Assembly: GCA_963693365.1 (NCBI GenBank)
Contig: CAVNZM010000013.1
Location: forward strand, 7,206,713 to 7,270,712
Length of the DNA: 64,000 nucleotides
Reading direction: 5' to 3'
From: Amoebidium appalachense
Taxonomy: Eukaryota; Protista; Ichthyosporea
Positions 10,953 through 57,861 of this stretch are shown here, piece after piece. The position numbers were made by a program, and so were the translations under genes. The notes below the pieces were generated by a model. It did no database searches and was not told the origin of the DNA. It was given only the letters and a program-made list of their open reading frames with translations. Numbering within the stretch: position 1 is the stretch's first letter; every line of letters begins with the position of its first letter.

Positions 10953-13066
10953 ACACATACACACACACTACCACCACCACCACCCACCCATCTCTCTGAT
11001 GTTTGCTTGTGCCCCCACAGTCGCTGCTCGAACACGCCCAAAATGGCTGTCTGTCGGACCCCCCCGGCCTGCCCCTCTACTACGAGACCACTGCCGACGC
11101 AGATGGGCTCATGCGCTACCGCTGCATCCGGGGCACCAACGAGGTGGAGGGGGCAGTGCACAACCCCCTGGCCACCCACTTTGGGGCCACACGCATGTCG
11201 CTGCGCCTGCTGGACGCCACCATGTCCAATAGGCGCCACCGCCACAACCTGCGTGCACACTACCGCAACCGCCTGGGCCAGGCATCGGGGCCCCCCACTA
11301 CAGCCCCTGGATTGTTGACGACATGGAGGCACTGGCGCTGATGCTGTACGGCCATCACCTCGACCCCCAGTGGGTACCCGTAGGCTGCTACAAGCTACCG
11401 GAGGAGTACTTCAACTTTGCCCCGCTCTCCTGTGTGGCCAATGCCCCGGCGCAGGAGCCAGTTGCGGTGCCCGCACCCCCACCTCCGTCTGATAACATCG
11501 AGCCTGCAGCCAATGGCGTGATGGGCGGGCCAGAGGACTGTGAGGTCGAGGAGGGTGACGGTGCTGCCATGGGGGGGGGCAACCAGGTGGCGCGTGGTGC
11601 ACCACAGCCGGACCCTGCACTGAGGGGCGACTACAAGTTCCTGGCGCAGAAGCAACATGTGGCCATCCCCTTCCTTCCGGTGCTTACCCCTCAGGAGCGC
11701 AAGCTATTCAGCACGCTGCTCCTGGGCACCTACAAGGCACATGCAAAGCCCAACGGCCAGCTGTTCGAGGCTTTGGCCCAAGACTTCAACAAGGCTGCCT
11801 CTGTGGCTGGGGGAATCTACATGAAGGATGCGGCCTACATCAAGAAGCATTTCGACAAGTGGAAGACCTGGCAGACGGCACATGCACAGCGCTCCACACA
11901 CGAGGGCCTGGCAGATCACCGCAAGCGTATGCGCGAGGAGAGGGCAGACGCTGTGCCAGCAACCATACGGCCTGCCCCCTTGCCACCCCTCCCTGTTCCA
12001 GACGGTGTCGATGCAGGGGCGCAGCGTGAGCGGCCCTTGCCCATGCTAGTGGGCAAAAAGCATCGCAACATTGGCCCTGAGGGGCCCCTGCAGATGGATT
12101 TGCCGGTGCCCCCTCCTATGCAGCCACCCCAGAGAGCCCCCAAGACCTGCAAGACGTGTGGCCGCCAGGGCAAGGGCTGCCTCGGCTCCAATCGGGCCAA
12201 GAGCTGCCCACGTTGGGTTGCAGCCAATCAGGATGCCATGCCACCAGCACCCGCGCTTGACATGCAGCAGGGCCATGTGCCGCACATGCCCCCTGCACCC
12301 CATCCAGGCCCGCACCACCCACATGGCTGGCCCCCACCGTGGGGCATCATGCCGCCTCAGCCCGGCCCTGCCTTCCCCATGCCTGGGCTACTGCCGCAGC
12401 ACGGTCCCCATCCTTACTTGGGCCATGTGGGCCAGCCCTCGGCTGGTGGGCAGTTCCCACCCCCTTCTCGTGCATCTGCTGTGCTGGGCCTGGCGTTGCC
12501 ACCTGCTGGAGAGACGCAGCTGCAATGGCACGATCGAAAGCAAAGTAATCGTGGCCGCAAGTCTGCAGGCAGCCAATCAGGATCTCAGAGTAGTCAGAGT
12601 AGCCAAACTAGTGTCTAATATTGGAATGTACACCAATGTAACGGATCTCATATGTGTTGTAGTGCTTCAAGTTATACCTGTTCTTCGTACAGTCATGTTA
12701 GGGGGGGGGGGGGAGGGGGGGGGGGGGGGGGGGGGGGGGGCTAGCTTTCATTCCGAAGTTTACTGTAAAGAATTAAAATTTAGAATCTGAGTAATAGTAC
12801 AGAGCCTTTGCACTTTTCTCTGTTTGTTAGGAATTCTTTGTGATCGAGAGTATGGTGTGTTAGACTATTGGTGTTAATGTGTCCTGGAAGGTGTATAATG
12901 TCTGCTGGCCGTAGTCAGTATCTATTTTTAGGTATATAGTATATTTTTAAATGTTGGCCGCTGGCCAATAAATAGCAAATAATAAACACACGATAAAGTC
13001 AACAGCGTGCCAAAAAACTAATCCCCAGCGAGCGCACCCAGTGATGTGTGTGTGTGTGTGTGTGTC

Positions 13067-13184
<118 letters not shown>

Positions 13185-14505
13185 CGCGCGCGTGCGTGCG
13201 TGTGTGTGTGTGTGTGCGTGCGTGCGTGCGTGTGTGCGTGTGTGCGTGTGTGCGTGTGTGCGTGTGTGTGTGTGAGTGTGTGTGTGTGTGTGTGTATGTG
13301 TGGTGTGGTGTGTGCGCGGCTTGTACATATGTACGTGTTCATGTGCACCTGTGTCGGACCTACGAAGTACATGAAAGTAAATTTTGACAGCATCGATCTG
13401 CCGGTGTGTATGTGTATGTGTGCCAGTGCAGCAGGTGTGCCTTGTAACTGATAGCTTCGCATTTTACGTGTGTGTATATATAGTAGTACGCATAGACACT
13501 TGCTGATCATTCGGATCGACATTAATATTTAATCTGTCGGTCCTCGGTTTTTTGAGTGAATGATGATCAAGTGTAAGAGCATTCACTTGGCAAGTATTAA
13601 TGTTGCAGAGGCTAGCTGCAGCTGCAAGCGTCGGATGCACACTGACAATTGTCTTTTCAGCGAGTCTAACCTGCAGGCAGCAGCTGCACACATATAGGGT
13701 TGTTATCTTGCGGCACATGCACGGTGATCATTTCAGAGTAATAGAGTTCAGAGCAATGAAAATAATGAAAATAACTAAACTTTGTGACTACTTTAAAGTT
13801 GCTGAGATCATACGTGGTGCAAGCTGCACTATGAACACATGTATAGTGCTAGTAATTAATACATTTTTGTTGCCTTCTGCAGGGTTATCGTAGCTACGTC
13901 ACGGCCTGCACTCAGGGGGGGGGGGAGGGGGGGGAGAGGGGGATGATTCGAAGGGGGTATAAATAAGAACATGCACCTAAAGGTCTTTCCCGTGGATCCT
14001 CCCCCCCTCCCCCCCCCCCACCTCTCCCCCTCCCCCGGGGCCCCATACTATGATATCTAGGCCCAATATTATATGCCCCTTCCCCCCCCCCCCCCCCCCC
14101 CCTCCTCTCCGGATCCCCGGACCCCACTTCCCCTACCCGGAGGCTCAAGAGCTCCCCCCTCCTCCCCTCTCCCCCCCCTCCCCCCCCCCCCAAGGCTTAC
14201 GGGGGCCCTTCTTCATCGAGGGGGAGGGGGTGGGGGTGGGGGGGGGTGGGGGGGTGGGGGTGGGGGGGAGGGAAGTGGAAGGCGGGGGTGGATGCATGTC
14301 AGCCTAGGTGAATTCAATTGTTTAACTCCAGTGTGCAGGACTGGTCTGAAGGCTTAAGAAAACAACGAGGAAATGGGGTCCAGTGGAGGTGGTGGTGGTG
14401 TTCTGTGTGTGTGTGTACACGTGCACGTATGTGTGTGGTTTTTTTAAGGGGTGAGTGGTGGTGGTGGTGGTGGTGGTGGTCACCGTGGTGGTGGTGTGTG
14501 TGTCT

Positions 14506-14577
<72 letters not shown>

Positions 14578-15418
14578 TAGAAAGAAAAACTGCTCGTGGG
14601 TCACTGTTTTTCGTCACTGTATTTGTAACGGGCCGCTCATATTTATATAACTACTTTAATTTAAGTACACGTGTTCATTATCATATACGATGGCCAAATA
14701 TAGAAATTTTGGCGTCGAAGTTCTTGGAGCTAAAAAAACGTTTAAAAGGGGGAAATAATAGCTTGGCCCCAAATTTACCTTGCCGTTTTTAGCGAATGTA
14801 TTTTTTATTCATGAGTTCTAGTGATTCAGTGAGTGCACGTGCCTGCCTCAGGCTGATCATGACAACTGCAACACACCATTCCTACATGGATATCAACCAA
14901 AAGAAAATAGTATATACTGTGGTGGTCTCCTAAACCTTGTGCGGCATGCGCATACATGATATTACAGTGACGCATGTGCATATTATTGTTCTGTACACCG
15001 GAGTGTGCCGGTGCACGTGGCTGTTTTGTGCACATGTTACAATAGCAGCACGATCTCCCTAAACTCCATGTTTACACATCCCTCACCCTGGCTCTGCCTT
15101 GTCGGTGCTCCAAAACACACATACAAATCCCCCTAGACTCAGTGCCTGCACATGGTCGCATTCACGTGCAGGTCACGTGACACATGCGATGCCATACTGC
15201 CGTCTACAGCAACAACCACGGCAGCATGTATACCGGCCCAGCACGAAATATACTTATCGGCAGCCCACTGAACTCGCCCATTTTCTCTTTTTCATGTATG
15301 TCCCTCCTTTTTTGTAAAATCACCCTTTTTGGCCTCCCGGTAGTGGATTTTGCAGGATTTGACTTCTTTGAGGTCCAAAAACCTCAAATTTTCCCCGGCG
15401 GGGCCGGGGAGGGAGAAT

Positions 15419-15931
15419 TCAAAAATTGCCCGCTCCTGATATGGTACCCGGGCCAAGCAGCAAACGCTCGGCACCAATTTGCAAAAAGGTGGCAGTGGGA
15501 TCAAATTTGTACTTCATCGTTACGCTTCGCATGTCGCCAGCAAAAAAATCCAACACCGATGGTGTATCAGTCTCAACCCAGGGCAAACCGTAAAACAGAA
15601 ACTCGTCACGCAGCCGATCTTTTGTGCTTTCGTCGGCCGGGAACAGGGGGCGGCCACCGGGTGTGCGCAGGTAGTCGAGCCCATAGTCGAACAGGAGGGG
15701 CGAGCGGTCGACAAACACCGTGCCGTCAGGGCGGGTCTGGATGGTTTGGCGGCCGCTGAACCAGGCGGCCAGCATAGACCCGGGCACGGCACACAGCGTG
15801 CGGCGGGTGGTGTGGAAGTGGCGGCCGCCCACATCCAGCACTATGACGTCACTGGCCTGCACCCGTAGTAATAGGGGGTGTTTATCCAGCCCGGTAAGGG
15901 CTGCGCATCCATAGTGAGTCCGTGCCATCAT
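15419..15931 (-). CDS. BTB/POZ domain protein (KCTD/K-channel tetramerisation type); C-terminus possibly extends to ~15292 via a homopolymer frameshift
   Basis: VIVLDVGGRHFHTTRRTL...SMLAAWFSG...DGTVFVDRSPLLFDYGLDYLR...LRDEFLFYGL is a textbook T1-type BTB. Removing one base from the A5 run at 15421-25 would continue into ...FEFSLPGPAGENLRFLDLKEVKSCK... Confidence 0.85.
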   Translation of the reverse strand: MMARTHYGCAALTGLDKHPLLLRVQASDVIVLDVGGRHFHTTRRTLCAVPGSMLAAWFSGRQTIQTRPDGTVFVDRSPLLFDYGLDYLRTPGGRPLFPADESTKDRLRDEFLFYGLPWVETDTPSVLDFFAGDMRSVTMKYKFDPTATFLQIGAERLLLGPGTISGAGNF

Positions 15932-16500
15932 GATCCCGCCAGAATGTGTGATTTGCGCAAAAATGGCTCAGTGACGCAGGGCTTATGGTAATCTGGCCAT
16001 TTGGCGGGTCACGGAAGTCAGCCGCTTCCTGCACAAGGCCTCCTACAATGACAGAGTAGGACTCTGTAGGAGGCCTGTCCGCACCCGTGCACTTCCCTGC
16101 CCAGTTCCCCAGCGGCCTCCCCCCCGCCCCCCCCCCCGGGGCGAGGAGGGGGGCGGGGGGCGCAGGGAGGCCACGGGCGGCGGGGGAGTGCGGCCGCCCA
16201 CTCCAGCACTATGACGTCACTGGCCTGCACCCGTAGTAATAGGGGGTGATCCAGCCGTAAGGGCGCGCATCCATAGTGAGTCCGTGCCATCATGATCCCG
16301 CCGAATGTGTGATTTGCGCAAAAATGGCTCAGTGACGCAGGGCTATGGTAATCTGGCCTATTTGGCGGGTCACGGAAGTCAGCCTGCTTCCTGCACAAGG
16401 CCTCCTACAATGACAGAGTAGGACTCTGTAGGAGGCCTTGTTCCTGCACCCGTGCACTTCCCTGCCCAGTTCCCCTAGCGGCCTCCTCCCCCCGCCCCCT
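15818..16500. repeat. ~310-bp direct duplication of the BTB 5' end and promoter (15818-16130 and 16187-16500)
   Basis: The two copies are nearly identical and differ almost only by small deletions. The coding part of the second copy is frameshifted. Confidence 0.9.
16396..16440. mobile_element. 45-bp micro-MITE-like insertion with 14-bp perfect TIRs and an 8-bp TSD
   Basis: TTCCTGCA (16388-95) | CAAGGCCTCCTACA - 17 nt - TGTAGGAGGCCTTG | TTCCTGCA (16441-48). A degraded copy lies at ~16034-16077. Confidence 0.65.
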
Positions 16501-17232
16501 CCCCCTCCCCCCCCTCCCCCCCCCCCCCCTGCCCCGTCTCGTCCTTCCCACCGTTCGCCCTCTACCATACTACATATGCCAACCCCCCTCAAGCAACCCC
16601 CCCCCCCCCCCCCCCCCTTCCCCCCTCCCTCCCGGGCCCCCAAACACTACTAGTACTGTTGCTACAAAAATGACATGTATGAAATAGTGGGTTCGATGAT
16701 ACATGGTTAAAAAAGGGGTAGAGCTTGCTGCCGCCTAAACCTTTGGGCTTTATATTTCATGCAGCCTTCAAGACATGCCCCTCCGCCCATAGTATGTTCT
16801 ACTTGCGTTTTTGCCCATGTACATATTAATATCCTCGTTTGATATTTGCTTACCTCTTGTTGCTGCTTGGTTCAATTGTTTTGGAGAGACCTATGCTCGT
16901 TTTCTCGAAGATAGAGTTACTTCGCTCCTATATAACAACTGCCCGAGCCCTTATAATATTAAAGCTGCCTATGTATATATATATATGATATGGTCCTATC
17001 AATAGCTGCTATCATGGTACAAGGTATCAAACTTTGCACATCCCACCTTGCACCCTATTCCAATAAGCACATCAGCCGCATAAAGAATGTTCGTTGTTGT
17101 GTATCTTTGCCAAAGTGGATGGTATGATACTTATTGATACATTATGGTGGAGATCCAAATAACTATAGGGTGGTACCGTTTGCATGCCACGTGACACAAC
17201 CACAAACACACACGCACCCGCGCCCGCGCGCG

Positions 17233-17324
<92 letters not shown>

Positions 17325-17973
17325 CGCACACACACGCGCGCACACACACACACGCACACACACACGCACACACACACACGTACACACACGAAACAAGGCA
17401 ATTGCCAAAGGAAGCAAGCAGGCAAGTTGATGTATACGTATGTATGCAACATGATGATGACACTGTGGCCATTCGGTCAATCAAATATAATACTAACAGA
17501 CAACTCAGTTTTGCACTTGTCGTCTTCAAGCTTTTTTGTCTTTAACTTGTGAAAACTTGGCATGGCCACACACAAGGAAGCACACAATTTATTCACCGTT
17601 TATTATTCAGCGGGTTATATATATGAAGGTGCCACCATCGATCGACCTGTACTGTACTGCAAACAGCTTGCTACAGCACAGTGCCAAACGTTAGAGTGTA
17701 AACTTGTACTCTTGGCTGCAGGAAAACGATTTGGTGTAGACATATGTACAGGCTAACACAAATCTATAATTCCCACATCGGTTACGGCCTATGCACTTTC
17801 CCCAACATTCTGCACGCCAACTCCGCATTCACAGCTACTTTACATGTGCACAAATTGTACTGACGACAGTTTAGATGATGATCTGACAGAGTTTTACTTT
17901 GAGACCACCCATCATTTAATATATATGGGCATCACCCGGGTAGCCTTGCAGACTACACGAGTCCCATGGGCAC

Positions 17974-18447
17974 CTACATGCACATCTTCTCGACCTGGTT
18001 GTACTTCAGCCCAGTCTCACACTGGCAGTCGGTGGGGAGGATGGGGCGCACACCCTCCTTCTCGTAGGCACGGATGGTCCAGCAGGGGAAACGATAGTCG
18101 GGGTCATTCAGGTCAGGCTTCTCGGTGCCATCAAGGGGAATGCAGTTGGTGGGGTTGTTCACATCGTCAAACTTAAAGCCATAGTTGCACTTGCAGTCCT
18201 CGAGCTTGGTGGGGTAGGTGGCCGTCTCGTAGGCGTTAAAATCGGCGCAGGGGAAGCGGGGGGCCTGCTGGCACATCCAGTCGTCGTTCACCTCAACCCA
18301 GTTGAGGCCCCAGTTGCAGGTGCATGACTTGCGGGGGTCCGTGGAGACAACCCCATTCTCCCAAGCGTTCCGCTCCCAGCACTGCTTCGTGGCGGGGGCA
18401 GCGGCGGCCACGGAAAGAACGGCAACGAGAGGAGCAAACAGCTTCAT
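17974..18447 (-). CDS. Small secreted cysteine-rich protein (157 aa): signal peptide plus three ~40-aa Cys4 repeats
   Basis: MKLFAPLVAVLSVAAAAP signal-like N-terminus, strong GC3 codon bias, 12 Cys arranged as three C-x3-[NR]A[WY]E...CxCxxG[LF]x[WFY]...C units, intronless. Confidence 0.85.
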   Translation of the reverse strand: MKLFAPLVAVLSVAAAAPATKQCWERNAWENGVVSTDPRKSCTCNWGLNWVEVNDDWMCQQAPRFPCADFNAYETATYPTKLEDCKCNYGFKFDDVNNPTNCIPLDGTEKPDLNDPDYRFPCWTIRAYEKEGVRPILPTDCQCETGLKYNQVEKMCM

Positions 18448-19597
18448 GGTGAGTGAACGTATTGAGTAGAGAAACAGAGCAGGTTGATGATTGTGATTGG
18501 GGGGCTAAGAGTGCGTGTTTTTATACCCTTTGGTGCTTGTCTAGGGGGAGACCGATGCTTCACACACGGAACACCACAGCTTCCACGACGTTCTACGTGC
18601 TTCAGAAAGGCCACAGTGATGGGGTAACTGAAGCTAGTGTACGTACGTTTTAGATTTTGCGCATTCCGTGATATCTCGACAACTGGCATAATGATAAAAT
18701 TAACCATGTAGCTCATGTAGCATGCATACGCAATTACGCATACCAGTTGTATACCAGTCTGCAGCGCTGGCCGGGAGCATGCTACATAAATGACGGCCAA
18801 TGCGACACGGTATAATATTGCCTATATGTCATCTACAGTATATAATATCCAAGCTTTCTCGTGCTTGTTGACAGACACGAGCAGCTGCAGGGCTCACGTG
18901 CTGCGGCAGGCCGTGGCGTAGCTGAGTGACGTACGCACCAGGCTGGCCATGTGCGCATGCAACGACCTGGATGTGGCCTGAGGTGTGACCTGATGTGTGC
19001 TTGAAATCATTATGCATGACAAGTAATTGTTATTGTGCATTTGACTCCGAGCGTTGTTAAAGGTGAATGCTAGTACAGAAAAGAGTAACAAAGATCCGTT
19101 ATAAAGAGTCACCCCCCTTCGTATCTAAGATGCCATAACCCAGGAAACGTGGGGGCATGCATATGCGGGCAAATTGTACCCTTGAACGTATGTAGATCAT
19201 GCCGACCAGAAAAATCTATTGACTCGACTTTGCTAAATTTTCCCGCTCTTTTCCGAAAATAAATATGTGATTGGTAGATCTAAAATACCCAACCAGTGCC
19301 AACCAGTAAGATTTATAGTGGATCGCCGAGACGACGCCGACCGTGAGACCGACGGCGTGCACAGTGACGGTGCGGGCACTGCCCGGCAGCCGTGCCCAGC
19401 CCTGGTACCGGTCAGTGGTTGCCTTTAAACGAGCTCCAATAAAAGTGCATTATCGTCGTAGTGTTGCTATAAAACTCTAATTACATTGCATTTAGCAAGA
19501 CATAATAATAATGATAATAGTAATAATAGTAATAATAATAATAATAGTAATAAGCCGCCTGTGACTTTGTGATTAGACCAGCCCAAGGTCCAAGGAC

Positions 19598-19631
19598 TGG
19601 CTCAGTGACGTCACGAGGTTTTCCCGCCAAA
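19598..19631 (+). promoter_or_regulatory. Putative MER3 promoter elements: CRE/ATF palindrome and E2F site
   Basis: TGACGTCA at 19606-13 followed by TTTTCCCGCCAAA at 19619-31, about 1.6 kb upstream of the inferred ATG (5' UTR intron(s) in between). Confidence 0.5.
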
Positions 19632-20258
19632 TTCCTCAAATCTGTGATATCACCAAAACATGAACTGTGTTGTATGCGCCGGCCAGAGCGGCTGCAGAGC
19701 TTAGAACCTGTGTGGGGGAAGCCTTGAGGATAGGAGAAAGGGGGAGAAGGAGTTTTATATTATTTAGTAACAAAGAGTTGATATGCATAGGTTTTAGTGC
19801 TAGCATGACTAAGGCTGTGTAGAGTTGGGCTAACTAGATCTTGGTTTAAGGTGCACAGGACAAGTTGTCCAGTGTAGTGGCAAGATCTACACCAAAGGCA
19901 AAGTGGACGTGCTACGTTTTCTTCTATTATAACGAAGGCACAAACGGAAAAAGCAAGTCGTTTCTTTCTTCCCTATCAGGCAGCCAGATTAATCGTCACT
20001 CAGCTTACAGAAGCGTACAAGCTTGACAGAAGGGCTTTGGCTTCTATCCGAAAGCAACCGTGGCTTTCGTAGCACAAAAAGCGAAAGTAACAAGAAGGAG
20101 AATAGGGCGGGCTAAAAACTCACTTCGGGTGACCGTAGCCATAGGCGATAGGCATTTGGTAAGGGAGCTAGCAATTAAAGGAGACAGGTGGGCAGCAGAT
20201 GGAAGGGGAGGGGGAAAGTGCAGGGGAAGGGGGAGTGGAACGAGGCTGAGGCAGGGGA

Positions 20259-20299
<41 letters not shown>

Positions 20300-21251
20300 G
20301 GGAGGAGGATTAGGGTGTGTGTGTGTGTGTGGGGTGGGGGGGAAGGAGGGTGGAGGGAGGGCACTTGTGTGTGGGGGGGGGGGGTAGAAGGGGGGAGGGG
20401 GGGGGAGGGGGTGGGGAGGGGGGGGGGAGGGGGGGGGGGTCGTGGGGGGTTTGAGGAGGGTGAGGGGTCCGTAGGTACTTCCCCTTCTTCAATTAGCTTT
20501 CTGCTGCTGACAGTTGTGTGCTATTTGAACTGTGTCATGGGCTAGGTCATTCTGAAAGGTTTCAGTTTTGTTGGAGGAGAGAAAAGCACGACAGTGGTGT
20601 TATACCTGTAGGGTGCACAGGCGAAGGTGAACACAAGTGTGATGCTTAGGTGTAAATCTAACACAATCCTAGGCAGGGGCACATCTAGACATGTAGGTTG
20701 ACACCAATACAGTTCTATATTGGTGCACGAAATGGCTGATATCCATGGTTAGATATTTGTGTAGTTCCAGTTGGTGTTTGGGATTTCGTGAAAGAGAGGT
20801 TATGTGCAGGGAAAACCATGCCTCAGTGCTCCTTACAGGCCAGAGTGTATGTTGTGCATGCGCACCAGATATCCTCCTCCCCTTTCCTACTAGTTACACA
20901 AACACTCTTCTAACACACACACACGTCTTTTATACTCCTGAGCGTACACATCCCTCCCTCCAACCCTACTTCTCTGTTTGTTTCTCTGCTGCGTTGCAAG
21001 CACAAAACATTTCGAGTAGGCACAAGCAATGGCAAACGCTCGCACACAGGCACAACCACAGAGCACATGCACGTGCACGAAAATGCACACACACACACAG
21101 GGAGATAAAAACAAACAGATAGTCAGAAAGAGACACCCACACACACTATACGGCCGCACATGCACACACGTACACGTTCCTTCATTTAAGGTTATGACAA
21201 GGAAACCTGCTTATATTTTCTCTTTCTTGCAGAGTCTATGTCCCCTCCAAT

Positions 21252-57861
<36,610 letters not shown>

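Larger units (their letters stand above)
4767..12618 (+). mobile_element. Spliced DDE transposase-like gene (~1530 aa): DUF6729-like N-terminus, D...D...DxxH...E core with an inserted DEDDy (WRN/EXD2-like) 3'-5' exonuclease, C-terminal helical domain and Cys4 knuckle
   Basis: Exons 4767-5917, 6881-7069, 8059-8889, 9331-9955, 10399-10605 and 11021-12618 join in consistent phase if three 1-nt homopolymer indels are corrected (A6 5886-91, G5 9725-29, C6 11291-96). Motifs: CFAWLP...CP...RRVIDFDSCYYI..RYFCDTC...FPAYLSHRSGLD (DUF6729-like); LKADHTF (D, 6982); NELGEIR; FYTDRCC (D, 8178); LNDAFH (9827); YRCIRGTNEVEG (E, 11147). No TIRs or TSD were found by eye. Confidence 0.8.

Noticed and set aside
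5886-11296. Programmed ribosomal frameshifting in the transposase
   Set aside because: Shifts go in different directions, all in plain homopolymers, and the same error type hits unrelated host genes; sequencing error is simpler.
13914-14191. ~25-bp inverted match (G11-A-G8-AGA-G4 versus its complement) suggesting a MITE or the transposon's end
   Set aside because: Pure G/C low-complexity sequence that pairs by chance in this genome; no TSD seen.
16018-16398. Second BTB-like ORF (126 aa)
   Set aside because: Frameshifted partial copy within the duplication, likely an assembly artefact.
19330-19400. Two adjacent GC-rich hairpins, possible ncRNA
   Set aside because: Stems are only ~6 bp in CpG-rich promoter-like DNA, with no recognisable RNA family features.
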